Source: the human T2T-CHM13v2.0 reference genome, Homo sapiens. From it: a stretch of 64,000 nt of DNA. Below, one piece after another: positions 1-14,345 of this stretch (position 1 is the first letter of the stretch; each line of letters starts with the position of its first letter). The stretch lies in assembly GCF_009914755.1 (NCBI RefSeq), contig NC_060925.1, one strand, 5' to 3'. The notes beneath the pieces were generated by a model, which was not told where the DNA came from, searched no databases, and was given only the letters and a program-made list of their open reading frames with translations. Made by a program: the position numbers and the translations under genes.

Positions 1-48
1 GGAAATATTCAGTACCAAAGTACTGTACTCTCTGTAGGCCAATATAAT

Positions 49-59
49 CTCTTTCTTTC

Positions 60-148
<89 letters not shown>
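49..148. repeat. (CTTT)n/(CT)n compound microsatellite
   Basis: About 14 uninterrupted CTTT units at 61-116, followed by (CT)n and more CTTT. Confidence 0.97.
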
Positions 149-404
149 GAGTTCCTTCTCTACTCTTTTATTCACCCTCTGATTTAATGGTACTACTTTC
201 CAGACAGCATTTTTCATCTTCAAAGACGTTTACAGACTTGCAAAATAAATGTCAGTCCCTGAAATGCAAACCCTGGGACTCAGATGGACCACTTGGGGGT
301 AACTCCTCTGCATCGTACAGAAATCCAAAATTTTACAAGCAGCCTCTGGTTAGAGTCTTCGCTGAGCCTGGGTCCAGCCCATGCCCCGCCTTATCCCAGG
401 TCCC

Positions 405-760
405 TGTCTTAGTCATCTACTCAGGCAGCTATAACAAGATACCATAATCTGTGTGGCTTAGCCACAGAAATTAATTTTCTCACAGTTCTGGAGGCTACAA
501 GTCCAAGATCAAGGTTCTGGCCTGTTTGGTTTCTGGTGAGGGCTCTCCTCCTGGCCGGCTTTCACACCATGTCCTCACATGGTGGGGAAACAGGGAGAGC
601 AAGCTCTGGTGTGCCTTCTAATAAGGATGCTAGCCCCATCAGGGATGCCTCCTTATGACCTTATTTAACCTTAATTATATTCCTACCCCAAATACAATCA
701 TCTTGGGGGTTAGGGCTTCAACATATGAATTTTGGGAGGGATGCAATTTAGTCCATAGCA
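405..760 (-). mobile_element. MaLR solo LTR (MLT1A-like)
   Basis: Typical MaLR LTR motifs: ctcacagttctggaggc..aagtccaagatcaagg, ttctggtgagggc, and ttagggcttcaacatatgaatttt..gtccatagca end. Confidence 0.88.
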
Positions 761-1882
761 CTTTCCCAGAAAACAAAGTCAAATGGACACAAATACAGCA
801 GATGTCTATTTCAGTCAATTACACAGTACCAGAAATGAGCTATGAAAAACGCTTATCAAGTCGTATCATCCGTCACTACTGCCACCACTCAGCAAGGCTG
901 ACAACACTTCTCTTGTATTTCAAAGCACTTTAGGGAAGTTCTTTTGCTAGGCTGACTCTAACTCCACAACCTTGTCACCTGACACTGCCTGAGAACCTTC
1001 ATAATAGGCTAGATGTGCTCCTTCTGCCGACAATGCACTCTTCCCTCTCCACTGGAACAGCTAAAAACCTCTTCACTAGCCTAGCATCTGTCCTTGGGTG
1101 CCTTCCCTTGTCTCTCTTCTCCAGGGGGCTTGTGTGTGCCCTGCTTCTTTCTCTCAGGCTGAAATCCCTCCTTTCATCTCTCTTGCAACCTTTTTAGATG
1201 GTGGAGACCATCTTATTACCTCATACAGTGCTAGCCAAGAGCTGGCTACCCGGTCCACTGCAAATCACTGCTCCTTGGCCCTTCAGCTCTGTGTAACACA
1301 TCCACGACCAGCTTTTCCTGGCATGGTGACAGACTTGCCATCCTTCTGTGTGGTCTGCCTTGCAGGCAATGCTGTACTAGGCTCTGGTTTAAGAGGGTTT
1401 CTCCATCCCAGTGTGATTTTCCACATCCATTGCTACAGGAGAGTGGCGGTAGCTGGTGTGGATACAGGCAGTACCATGGGAGGCCTGCAAACTCCCCTTC
1501 TTTTCCATGCCTCCTGTCTGCCTGGGCAGAGGCTGCAGGGAGTGGAGAACATCCCAACCAGCGGATATGTGATTAGGTGACGAGGGAGCCTGGCTGTCAC
1601 TCACTCCCTCTCCCAGACTTAAGGGAACTGTCGGCTGAAGCTTTCCCTTGGGGCCTGGAGTGGAGTCACTCACAGGGTAAACACTGTCGTCAGTCTTTTT
1701 CACTATAACTCTGTGGACCCCTCACACACACACAGTGGAGGATATAAAACCAAGCTGAGAATATGGTGGCTGGAATGTGTCGGGTCCCTGTTAGACACTT
1801 CTCTAAGAAAAGCAGAGAGGAAAAAGAAAGAAAATATGGGACTTCTAATGAAGAGGTGCTTTAATTCTTCTTACTGCTTCTA

Positions 1883-2115
1883 TAATACACACACATGCAT
1901 ACACTCACATGCACATACACACACATCTGTCTATACCACCAAATTAGTTTCATATATTTTCTTCCTTCTTCTTTCTCTCTCTCTGTGTTTCTCTCTGCTC
2001 CATCGTTCCTTCCTTCCCTCCCTCCCTCCCTTCCCTCCTTCCTTCCTTCCCTCCTCTATTCCTTTCTCCCTTTCTTCCTTCCTCCATTTCCTTTCTCCAT
2101 TCCTTCTTTCCTTTA
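1883..2115. repeat. Imperfect (CA)n followed by pyrimidine-rich (CCTT)n low-complexity tract
   Basis: Direct inspection. Confidence 0.9.
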
Positions 2116-2334
2116 TTTTATGGCCTCAGCCCAATCACCAAATGTTTGTTCTACATGCTATAAACTACGTTTTTTGCATAATTTTTACTAAAGTTATACT
2201 CATAGAAAATCTAAGTATTGCACCAAGAATAAAAACACAATCTGTTAAGGAAACACTGTAAGTGGGCACTTCCCTAAGTTCAATGTTTTGTTTCTTTTAA
2301 AAGCTGTACATTCTTTTTTAAACCAATTCTATCG

Positions 2335-2585
2335 TGTAGGCACACGGTTTGATGGGCTGGTAGTCAGTGTGTCTGGGGTGAATTCCCAACTCCAGCAATT
2401 CTAGATGTGACCTAGCACCAGTCACTTAAGTTCTCAAAGACTTCATTTCTTCACCTCTAAAAATAGTAATAACAACATAAGCTAGCTCATGAAGTTATTG
2501 TGAGAATAAAATTCACTGAAACATGTAACGCACATATAACAAAGTTTGGCCTTTAGTAAGTGTTTAACAAATATGATCTATTGCT
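2335..2585 (+). mobile_element. MIR SINE
   Basis: tgtgacct..agtcacttaa..cttcatttcttcacctctaaaa core and gtgtttaacaaatatg 3' end. Confidence 0.8.
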
Positions 2586-3709
2586 ATGATATTAGTCTTA
2601 TATTTGTATTGAATATATATTATATGCCTAAAACTGGGCAGGTGAGGCATATGAAAATAAGCTAGTTATTGTTGACTTTTTACCAAATTGATTGACCCAA
2701 AGGAGTGTTTTGGAGTGATGTGCACCACACTGCTGGACACCCATGGGCCTCCCAATGGTGTGGCATGTGATACCAAAGTCTGTGAGCCACCATTGTCATG
2801 ACCAGTGGCTGCCATTTTGAGCATCTAGGCTTTCTTCCCGTTGAATTTCAGACTCCTCATGAAAAACTAGTAGATAATACAAGTTCTCTACCAGGGCAAG
2901 AATCTTTCTTCATGAAAATTATGCTTATAAAAACAGTGTGAGGTACTTATAAAAATACCAGACTTTAATGTGTTCACACCTTCCCGTTATTCTCAGGGGC
3001 AGCCTTTACTCCTTTCTTCTTTTCACACTGCAACCAGACGGCAGATCATTTCACCAGGACTCCTCAAGGCATAGCCCCTTTTTGCATGGATTTAGGTGCA
3101 ATGGGAAAGCAGTAAATTCCTGTGGAGTGCAACCACTAGGCTAACAGGCCCATTGAAGTAACAAACTTTCAAACCAACCAGGGAATTATTATTTCTCTGT
3201 CTTGACACTGTTCTGGGCAGAAGGCTTGCTACTATCGCACACTTTTTCTATGATAGATGTCCCACTGTACTCCCTCAGTGTCTGGAGACTGCCCCCACTA
3301 CACAGCAGGACGTCCTGCTTGGGCAGCATCTGGGCCCTGGCCTGGTTCTTCTCAGGAAAATTTCCACCAGCACATCAGCTACCTCCTCGGTGATGTCCAG
3401 CCCCATCAGCACCACTGCTCACCCAGGGACAGGCCATCAGTCTCCCAAGGGTTTAACAAAGTGAAAAGTAGCTTCTCATGCCAAATAGGAGAGGGACTCT
3501 TGGCCAAAGGCTCACGTCATGTCAAAATCAGGTTTAACAGAGAAGCTCTATAAGCAATTACCCTTCCTCCCTTCTTACATCAGCCAAGTTCTGCATATTC
3601 ACAGAGCACTGCAACATCAGTTATTTCATCTGATCATCTCAACCACCATGTGTATTAAGCAAGATATGCGTATCAATAACAATGATAATGATAATAATTG
3701 TAATAAATA

Positions 3710-3925
3710 ATAAAAACTTTAACTGGGAGCTTACTCCATGCCAGTTACATGCCATATACTTTGTATGGATTATCTCCATTGTCATAACAACTGTATGATT
3801 ATCCCTGTTGAAAGATGAGGAAACCAAAGCTCAAAGAGATTAACTTGTGCCCATTTTACAGGTGAGCACTCCAGTGACTAACCCAGCAAGTGGCATTCCC
3901 AGGTCAAGAACCAAGCTCCTCAAGG
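3710..3925 (-). mobile_element. MIR SINE
   Basis: agatgaggaaaccaaagctcaaagagattaacttg and cccattttacaggtgag core motifs. Confidence 0.7.
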
Positions 3926-4984
3926 CTCTTTCTAAGGACCATGATGTGTTTTTTTTTAGCATCTTCAAGTCACATGTTGAGGGGGCGGTGGTTCTGAGGC
4001 CAGTTGATGCAGCTTTCAGGGTTCGTTGTCCCAGCCTCAAAGAGGTCAGTAACAGTGGTCAATCAGCTGCACCCACAGGCCAATATTGCTGCACAGATAC
4101 AAAGACATCTCATAACCAGAGCAAAGGACATGATCCCAGTTGGAAATGACTAACAGGGATCTTTTGCCTCTGAGGCAAAAGCTGGAATCTACAACCAGTT
4201 AGCGCCAGTTCCACTGGCATGTTCTGTCTACATAATGCAGACTATGGCATTTGGCAGTGGCTCTTAAATTTGGCACACTCCACATTCCTCCTGGACCCAC
4301 AAGATAACATAACCAAATGTTTTCTGATGCTGTAAGAAATGAGTATTTTGCAGGTAGGAGGAAATGCAAACATGCCCCCTACAGGAGGCTCACTCCATCC
4401 AATCCCAAGGGCAAAGTGGCTCACTCCCTCTTGACCCTTTCAAAGGTTAAATGTGGAGCAAGGGCCCAGATAAATGGTCACAATGCAAACAAAGTCATGT
4501 AAATAAATGCATCTCTGATCTATGCAGGCTGGTGATGCCAAATATGCCATCTGCATCGTTTCTCATGATGAGCTGGACTTTTTTTTCCTGCATGTCCCAA
4601 GCAATGAGAAGATGACCATGTTTATGCAGACCAAGGCATGCATCATTTGACACTCTTGGAAATATTTTTGAAATTTCAGATCCACAGGCAATCAGTGGCA
4701 TTTGTGCTTTTCTAGGTTAGGTTAAAGTTGTAAGAAAGAGAGAATCTCACAAGAAAGTAATAGGGCATATGTCCGGGGCCTGAGAGGGTACTTGCAATGT
4801 ATTGTGATTTGGAGTGGGTTCTAGTTGTATCTGTAATCTGAACACCCTCCCCTCGCCTGTTTATTCATATTCATTTAGCAAAAGCATTATTAACATGATT
4901 TATTCCTGCAGTTCCTAGTAGATCTAAGATGGGGTTCAGGCATCTGTATCATTTTTCAAACAAAACAGAATGAAGCTTCTAGGT

Positions 4985-5203
4985 CAAGCAACAGCAAACA
5001 TTTTCTGCAAAGAGCCAGATATTTTCAGTTTTATGGGTCATGTGGTTTCTATTGTAAAGACGCACCTCTGCCATTGCAGCACAAAAGCAGCCCTAGACAA
5101 TATGAGAACAAGAGGGTTTGTCTGTGTTTTGATAAAGTTTTATTATTATGAAAACAAGCAGTGCACTGAATTTGGCTTGTGGGCTATAGTTTTCTGACTC
5201 CCG
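4985..5203 (+). mobile_element. MER58A hAT-Charlie MITE
   Basis: Matches MER58A (gcaaac..aaagagccagata..cagccctagacaatat..tttggc..gggctatagttt..gactcccg); 8-bp TSD ttctaggt/ttctagat. Confidence 0.88.
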
Positions 5204-5639
5204 TTCTAGATGGCCCTTATTATCATTAACTGTGCTTGAGATCTGCTTGTCCAGAAAATATTGTGACTTTGGAGAGTGCTTTACAGGTATCACCATCTAT
5301 GGTGGAAAAAGGGGTTGCTTTTGCTTTTGGAACTTTTTCTCAATCAATATAGTAACACTGCTTTTGCCCATTCATGCCATAGGACGGAAAACTCCATATT
5401 TTTAAATCATTCCTTCAATGCAGTTGATGTATGCTTACATTGAATCTGTTCAAATACTTTTCAGAGATGCATAATGTAAGCACCCATCTTTTTGGAAGTA
5501 GAGAGTTTTACTAGATATACAGTCTAAACAAAAAAAAAATCTAATTATAGTCTAAGTTTTTTTGAGATCAGGAAAAAATGGATATTTCTGTTGGTTACTA
5601 GATGTATCATTGTATTTTAGGGCCTGACATAGAAAAAAG

Positions 5640-5730
5640 GTGTATATATAGATACGTATATATATTCAGATATATATACATATGTATCTATATATATCTG
5701 AATATATATAGGTGTATGTATATATATGAA
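5640..5730. repeat. (TA)n-rich low-complexity tract
   Basis: Direct inspection. Confidence 0.85.
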
Positions 5731-5869
5731 GAAAGTTCTTAAATATCAAGAGTAGGCTTATGCTCTTAATTTTATTATATTATTATATTTGATAGATTTT
5801 TTTAAATATCAATTCTTTACTATAAACCCTGAATTCTAGGATTCTGAAATACACATAGCCCTTATTAAA

Positions 5870-6760
<891 letters not shown>

Positions 6761-9670
6761 GGGCTGATTCAGAGTGGGCCTTAAATCTGCCCAAATATTA
6801 ATAATTTGTCCCCAAAACAGGAGTGGTTCAACCTTATCCCAGGAAGCTAAACAAACTCCCCAAATGCCAGGATCCAGGAAGAATACAGGGAGAAGGCCCC
6901 CACACCTTATCACCGCACACTTTCTAAGAGAAAGCTGGGTGCGCACCCAGGCCCAGGGCCAGGCTCTGTCCCCTCTCTCAATAACAGCGTGGACGTGGAT
7001 GGAGATAAAAATGTTGCAGGGCAAGGAAAACAAACACACTGACCAACAAGAATCTTTTCAGTAGCCTGAGAAAGAAGCTTTTAAAACACAAGACTCTTTG
7101 CTAGTAGCAAAACAGCCGCTATGGCCATCACACACTCTCAATGCAAAGCCATTCCAAGCCACCTCTGCAGATGTGCACAGTTTACAGCTGAATATGCATT
7201 TACACCACTATCGCTTCCTCAGGCAGGAGGAACTGGAGTCGCAGCCTACCTTTGGCTCCACTGTTTTTCAACATTTATTTTGTTTTAACATCCTCATTAA
7301 CAGAAGATGCACGGAGTTGTTGCATGATGTGAACATTTTACTGTCCAGTCGTATCTTAATAAATGCTTTTGCTTCCTTTCAGATCTGCCCTGCCGGTGTT
7401 TGACACCCGAGTCTGAAGCTGGCACCTCATCCATTCCCTAGTCCTGCCTTTTTGCTCCCCGGGCTCCCTTTCCAGTGCCACCATCGCCCTCTTTGCACTT
7501 CCCTCGCACTCCATCTCAGAAGCAGACTTCAAGGAGATCAAAAGAGGCTGCTCCTCAAGGAAGAGCAGGGGTCCTGCGGCTAGAAAGCGGGGGGCAGGTG
7601 AGCAGGTCTTTCCCACACAGGAGCCAGCATACCCGGGGCAGGCAGGCAGGCACTTAATAAGGGCTTTGAAATGGATTCTTTCAATAAGCACGTATAGACC
7701 ATTTGCTGCACATGCTACGTAGTCCTAATAAGGCCCAGCCGCGATAAGAATTTGCTCCATGGTGTTGACTGCATTAGCGTGGAAATGAAGAGGATCGTGC
7801 GGCTCTCCTTTTAGGAAATCAAATTTCTAAAACCATGCAAGGAGAAGAATAGAATCCTTCCAGGCCCAATATTTACCAAGGAGACCTTCCTCTCTGCCGA
7901 TGGTCCGGAGGGTCACATTGGGTCTCAGCAGAGGAAAAGCCGTAGGCCCTGGGCCAGAGTGCATGCCAGCTAGTCTAAGGGGAGAGGAGAGGGCCAGAAG
8001 CACCAGAGCACGTGATTTATTTCTGGTCATAAAGGAATCAATTACTGTACCAGGATAAAGCAGCGATTTTTTTTTTCTACTCTGCTTTTGCAATCTTCTT
8101 TCTTCTCCGTTTCTATTTCACTCTCATTTAGCTATAACTGAGGAGTACTCAGTCCACTCTTCCCCATTCATTTTCCATCATGTCATTTTATTTTGCATTG
8201 AGAACTCAAATCCTTGTTTACATGTAAATAACTCACTGTTCTTCATGCTTATTTAAAAACAAATAAAAAGAGACCACTAATTATCAAAATTGTTTGAAAT
8301 ATACCATTTTTGGCAACAGATCCCTTATTACTATAGATCACTTTTCATTATTTAAACATGGTTTTTTGATCTTTTTCTCTCAGGGATTGGATTTAAAGAA
8401 TTGAGCTTTAGAATAGTCAAAGAAAGACTGAAAACTCTTTGGGTATAAATTGGAGGAAACTACTAAAATGCTAAGTGCCATGTTGTAGTCTACTATTGCT
8501 TTTTAGTAATGGAAATGCAGCTTGGTACGCTCCTCAGAAGAACATCCTTATATTTTTGCATTGCAAGTGTTCATTATGTGCAAGGGTCAGAGCAGAACTG
8601 ATCTGAAGGAGCTCAATTTTAAAATCCCTTTAAAAATCTGGACAAAGGATGCCATAGTATTACACTAAAATGTTTAAAAACAAAAAGTATTATGCGTGCC
8701 CCATGGTGGAAGATCAGATTTTTATTAATGCAAGTTTTAAATGCTGATTAATCCTCTTGAGAGTCAGTTTCCCAAAGCATTGGATTGTATTCAAGTCGTT
8801 TGCAAAACGGCACATCACTACCAATATTCTGAATATTAATTGAACAACATTATAACTGAGGATACAAAGCAAGATTTAAAACATGATTACAGCTGTCAGT
8901 GCTTACATCTAAATAAGTCATTGGAAATTCAGGCATTAAAGAGAAAAATGTAGTAAATCGGTCTTAGCAGAACAGTGAAGCTCTCTCTCTTAGCCGTTTT
9001 AAAAAATAAGTCTGATGCTTTAGGACCCAAGAGAGCTTCAGTTATGACTTCGCCTTGTATTTATATGGGCAATTTCTGATCAGAATTCAGAAATCAAAGG
9101 TAGATTTTTTTACTTGTGATTCGACACCGCATCAAGGACATTTTCTTGGGGAAGAAGGAGAGGAAGAGTCAGAGAATATTATCCAGTTGATAGAATCTTC
9201 ACATTTCCTTATTTTCTATTTCTATTTCAGTCTCTGTCCACACTCAAAAATCAAAGAATTAGCCCGACTTAATCAAACAAAATATTACTATGTTTTCCGA
9301 ACAACTTATTCAGCTCAGAGTCAAGCAACTGTAAGTAACTAATGACTTATTTTTACAATAATCAAATTTGTCTAAATGCAACTTCTTTTATCTCTCAAAT
9401 CTAGTTTGGGGATTGATAAAATCCTCATCTCTCCACCAGATGCAATATAAAATACTGGCTTCTATTATAACCATGGGGAATTTTAGTTTTGTTTTGTTTC
9501 TTTAAATGGTTGCTGTGTATTTGAGTGATAGCTCTTTGTTCGAAAAGATGCAAAAGCCACTCTCACATCTAAGTCTAATGAGATAAATGGCATTATGAAG
9601 GGAATATTAAAAATTTACAGCCCTTTTTACTAAGTTTTTTTGTCAGCTGTAGATGCTGAATATTGCATTG

Positions 9671-9704
9671 CACACACACACACAAACACACACACACACA
9701 CATA
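9671..9704. repeat. (CA)n microsatellite
   Basis: Direct inspection. Confidence 0.95.
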
Positions 9705-10289
9705 CAGTCCTGACGATGAAAAAGATATGAGGAGATAATGATGCAATCATAACACGTCTGATGGAGTTTGCATATCTCGGTTGCTGTTTGGCATGCCATT
9801 TAATTGTATTGCGCCAAACTGGCAGAATCACACAATATGTTAGTGTAAAAGGTCCACAGTTTAAAGGGAAAATCTAGAAGTGTTGACTATACACTGTCTA
9901 ATTATACAACCTTACTGCCCCAGAATGTGATTTCAGAAACCATTTCTGACATATGGGAAAAGGGTAGAACAGCTGGTCATTAAGGTTTTCTCAAGACTAT
10001 TTAGCAACACACTTGAATGTAATTAAAGTGAGACACTAAATACTGCACTTGTGGTACAATGTATTTTTAATTTTTATGGCATGTGGTAAAAGTAAATAGA
10101 TGCAAAGCATTCAAGTTTCTGCATTCAGCATCCAACTTGTCAAAGATGCACTGTCTGGCTGATCGCAAGCAGGGTCCTGGTGTTAGTCACAGGCATCCAT
10201 TTGGGGTGCTTAAGACTGTCTTTAAGGGACTGAATTTGGCAATACACAGATGAAATGTCAAATTGGGATCCTCAGACAAAGCATGAGAT

Positions 10290-10590
10290 GAAATTCACTC
10301 GTTCATTCACTCATTCATCCAACACAGCTTGGATTATTTTAGGTGGGCATTATTTCTGCCCTCAAGTTGCTTGCAGCTTACGTTGCTTAAAAACAGTGTG
10401 ATAGATGCTCATTAAAGGGTGCTATGACAGCACCAAGAAGGAGTCTGGCCCACACTGGAGGCCTTCCCCGAGTAAGAATTATCTTAGTCAGCCAAAAAAA
10501 TGGTGAGAGTCAGGGGTAAGGAGTACGAGTGAGGGCAGGAAAATAGTCCAAGCAGAAGGAGCAGCTAAAGCAAAGCCTTGGAGACAAAAA
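10290..10590 (-). mobile_element. L2 3' end
   Basis: ttcattcactcattcatccaaca tail, tgccctcaagttgcttgcag, ggaggccttccccgag motifs. Confidence 0.7.
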
Positions 10591-10614
10591 GGAATATGAG
10601 AATATGAATACAAT

Positions 10615-10830
10615 CTTGACCTTTATTGAACAATTTATAATGTTCTGGCACTAGGGTAAGGCCTTGACATATATTGTCTCATTTAATCCTCACAACAACC
10701 CTATGTGGTAAGTACTATTATCATACTTTACAAATAAGGAAACTAACAGGCTAGTTTGTGGCAAAGGAATTAGTGGGTAACCGAACCACAGTTCAAGCCC
10801 AGGTTTGTGTGAGTTCCAAGTCAATATCTT
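10615..10830 (-). mobile_element. MIR SINE
   Basis: tctcatttaatcctcacaacaaccctatg..tttacaaataaggaaact..ttcaagcccagg. Confidence 0.88.
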
Positions 10831-10969
10831 TTCTCCAAAAGCTCCCCCCCCCCACAATTTGACATATATGTATATTGCATGTGTATTTAGCTTTCAAAGA
10901 AGTTAGCGTGTAAATACATTCATTCTTATAAAAACCCTATAGAGTGTAAATACATTCATTCTTATAAAA

Positions 10970-11880
10970 ACCCTATGATTAAGAGAATAAAAAGACAAGC
11001 TGCAGACTGGGAGAAAATAGCTGCAAATCACATATCTGACAATGGGTTTGTATCCAGAATATATAAAGAACTCTCTAAACTCAACAGAAAAAAAAATTCA
11101 ACCAATTAAGTCAATGAGCAAAAGACACACGATGGCAGATAAGCAAATGAAAAAATGCTCAACATCATTAGCTATTAGGGAAATGCAAATTATACCACAG
11201 TGAAATACCACTACCTGTGTTATAATGGCTACAATAAAAATAATGACAATGCCAGGTGCTGGCAAGGATGTAGAGCAACTGGAACTCTCAAACATTGCGG
11301 TGAGAGTGCAACATTGTGATACCACTGTGGAAAGTGTTGGAAGTTTCTTATAAAGTTAAACATATACTTACCATATGACCCAGCAAACTCACTCTTAGGT
11401 ATTTAAGATAGAGAAATAAAAACTTATGTTGACATGAAAACCTGTATGTAAATATATAGAACAACACTATTTATAATCTTCAAAAACTAGAAACAATCCA
11501 AATGTTCATCAACCTGTGAACCAATAAACTGGAATACTGCTCAACCATGAAAAAGAATGAATTACTGATAAAAACAACATTGATGAATCTCAAAGGCATT
11601 ATGCTAAGTGAAAGAAGCCAGACTTAAAAAATTTACACACTGTGCGAAATTCTCAAAAAGGAAATCTCTATTAGAAGGATGGCTGCCATAGGTTAGGGTA
11701 GGGGGAATGGTTTGACTTATAAAGGGCAGTATGAGATCATTTTTCTAGGGTGAGGGAAATGTTCTGTATCCTGATGATGGTGGTAGTTACATGAACATAT
11801 ACATTTTTAAGACTCATAGAACTACACATCAGAAAATGCTAATTTTACTGTATACAAATTAAAAATAAAAGTAAAAAACA
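10970..11880 (+). mobile_element. L1M (L1MC/MD/ME-type) ORF2 end plus 3'UTR
   Basis: agactgggagaaaata..gcaaatcacatatctgacaa, ggcaaggatgtagagcaactggaactctca, ccatatgacccagcaa, A-rich tail. Confidence 0.9.
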
Positions 11881-11887
11881 TTATGAA

Positions 11888-12364
11888 GTAGGAGTTTTAG
11901 TCTGGGTTCCCCAAAAGTAAATCCTGAGATAAAAATTAGGTGCTAGAAATTTATTTTTTAGGTTAACTCAGGAATCAAAAGTGAAGAAATGGGGACAAAG
12001 TGAAAAAAGCAAGACAAAGAAAGGAGAAAAGCCAATAGAGCTGCCTTAATGGGTGGCTGCTGTGGGCAATTTGAGCTTCATCGTGCTGAGAATCCTCTAA
12101 GAAGCCATGTGAAATATATCTCAGAATCATTCCACCTGGTTGCGAGTAAGTCCCCCTCATCTCCATCTTCCTTTTGGTTGAGGGTTGCCACTAGGAGCAT
12201 AAACTCTTATGCTTCTAAGTTTTGCAAATGCCCTGGAGAGTTCTCAGGCCAACAAACAGACAGACCCAGGCTCGTGAAGTGGGAAGATGTCAACTGTCTA
12301 TTGTTGCTCTAGCGAATTCAGGTGGGCTAAGGGATACAGGAAAGCCATTACCAGCATCTGCCAA
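11888..12364 (-). mobile_element. ERVL LTR (LTR33-like)
   Basis: gtctgggttccccaaaagtaaatcctgagataa..tttatt..caggaa start and agcatctgcca end. Confidence 0.6.
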
Positions 12365-12479
12365 TGAGATATTAGTAATGGCTGCTCTACACAGATGGTT
12401 CTGCAATTAAGTGGAGGGAAATTTACCAAACAATGAAAAGAAATGTGTGCAGTGTTAACAACAAAAATTCTAGTCATCA

Positions 12480-12715
12480 GGGAAAATGCTTACAAAATGC
12501 CAGGTATCATACTAGCTTTGCCAGACTTCATATATGGCCATGGAATTCTTCCCCAACAGCCTTATGAGGTAAACATTAATATCCCCATTTTACAAGTAAG
12601 GAAACTGAGGCTGTAGGCAGTTAAGTGGCTTTCCCAGGCACACAAACACACACAATACTAGGAGGTCATAAGATCAAGTCTGCGCAACATAGAAGCCCAT
12701 AGTCTTTCCCATCAT
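12480..12715 (-). mobile_element. MIR SINE
   Basis: caacagccttatgaggta..atccccattttacaagtaaggaaactgaggct..gttaagtggctttccca. Confidence 0.85.
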
Positions 12716-13371
12716 GCTGGGCTAGTGTCTTCCCTGATTCATGTTGCCACATAGCATCCCAGAAGGCACAGTAATTCTGAGGAAGCAGTGTACAGCATGG
12801 GGCAATCATGAATTGTGATAAAAAGCCAGACCTAAGTTACTCCAGGGCTGAGATCCTGCTTGTGGGAATATCTGAGTCTTCTTTTTCTGGCTGTCTATGG
12901 GCATTTTATTACTATTTAGGATCTCCAATAGAATGTGGCTGACAAAAACAAAAGAGAAAGAGATGAGACTCAAACGAATACACTTTATTCCTTACACAAA
13001 TGTGTAGAAAACATTGAAACTTTGGATGATAAGAAATTGAAAATTGGCACTGGATAATAATTATTTTTACTGCTGCTGCCTTCTCCAGCTGATCTCTAGC
13101 TACGACAATTGATCTTGTAGCTTCAGCCTCCTTGACACTGCTGTTGGAACTATACCTTTTATTTTCTTAATTGCTTCTTAATGGGTACTCCTTCATCCCT
13201 GAAGATGACTTTGCTGACAAAAGGACATGAACTTGGAGTTGTTTTCCACAGTAGGAAGAATAATATTACAGAGAGCCATCCACATTCCCTCACTCTCTCC
13301 CAATCTCTATTGTCATCATAGTGGCTGGACACAGTCAGAGGATATAGACTTTTGGCCAAAGAACAAAGAAA

Positions 13372-13450
13372 CACTAACTGACCCACGTGGGCATTGAACC
13401 CCTGACCTCATTAACATTGTTTTCTCACCACCTTGGCTAACAGACAGCCC
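13372..13450 (-). mobile_element. tRNA-derived SINE head (MamSINE1-like)
   Basis: Minus strand gttagccaaggtggtgaga..gttaatgaggtcaggggttcaatgcccacgtgggtcagttag; degenerate A and B boxes. Confidence 0.55.
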
Positions 13451-14129
13451 AATTATGAACACTGAATCAAAGAGGGAAGTCACCTCTTCACCTAGAGCCA
13501 AGAAAAGCCTACGACTGCTGGTTTGTTAAAAAGACAATGCTTCTCCAGTCAAATAATCACAGAATGGACATCCACAAGAGATTTCTTGAAATTGTCCCTT
13601 CCTTGAATGGCTCAGTTTAGCAAGAATTGTTATCAATGTAGTCTAGTCTGGAAGGTAATGAAGGCTTTGAGAGCATCACTCCGAGACGACGAATGTGCTG
13701 AAGTGTACTGGAGTATACTTTCTTACAAAGACGCCAAAGACACATGCCCTATTGAATCTTCTGCAGTTGTGATCCCCATTCCTAGCTCCCTCTTTGAATC
13801 CCTTCCACACTGTAAGTCCTGACACTTGAAGCTCTGTCTAGGAACAGAATTATTCTTTGGAGTGTCTACTGAGGGATCTATGGCAGACACACTTCAACAA
13901 TGAGTTTGACAATGGAAATGACTCTTGTTACTCTATGAAAACATAGACGTTCCTCAAAGTGGTTCTTAAAACTTCCCTGTTCTGAAAGATAGAGATTTGT
14001 ATGATTTATGTTTGGGGGTACATAAGCTTATGTGTCTGTGTAACTGTTTAGGAATTTTTAAAATATAAGCTGAATTACATCTAAATAGTTGTTTTTTTAA
14101 TATAAACTGAAGTTATTTCATTGAGCTCC

Positions 14130-14345
14130 TGTGATGCAATGACTGAATTGGTCAATTAAGATGTGATGCTAGTAAAGCCAAAAATAGTGGCGTGACTCTC
14201 AGACCAGTTATAGCCATGGGCCACAACCCTAGCTAGGGCCAACCAGCTCACACATGGTGTGATTTATATAATGAGGACAAGGAGGGATAGCACATGGACA
14301 GTTCATTGCAGAAACATCCTCTCTACTGGGAAAGAGAAAAAAAAG
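14130..14345 (+). mobile_element. MamSINE1-like SINE
   Basis: tRNA-like head (aattggtc..gatgtgatgctagtaaagccaa), ggccacaaccctagctagggccaacc body, ctactgggaaa end. Confidence 0.5.

Noticed and set aside
1713-2261. 182-aa ORF with hydrophobic stretch
   Set aside because: Reads through (CA)n and (CCTT)n microsatellites
13372-13450. tRNA-Ile-like sequence
   Set aside because: Degenerate stems and boxes, followed by SINE-type gttag; a SINE head, not a tRNA gene
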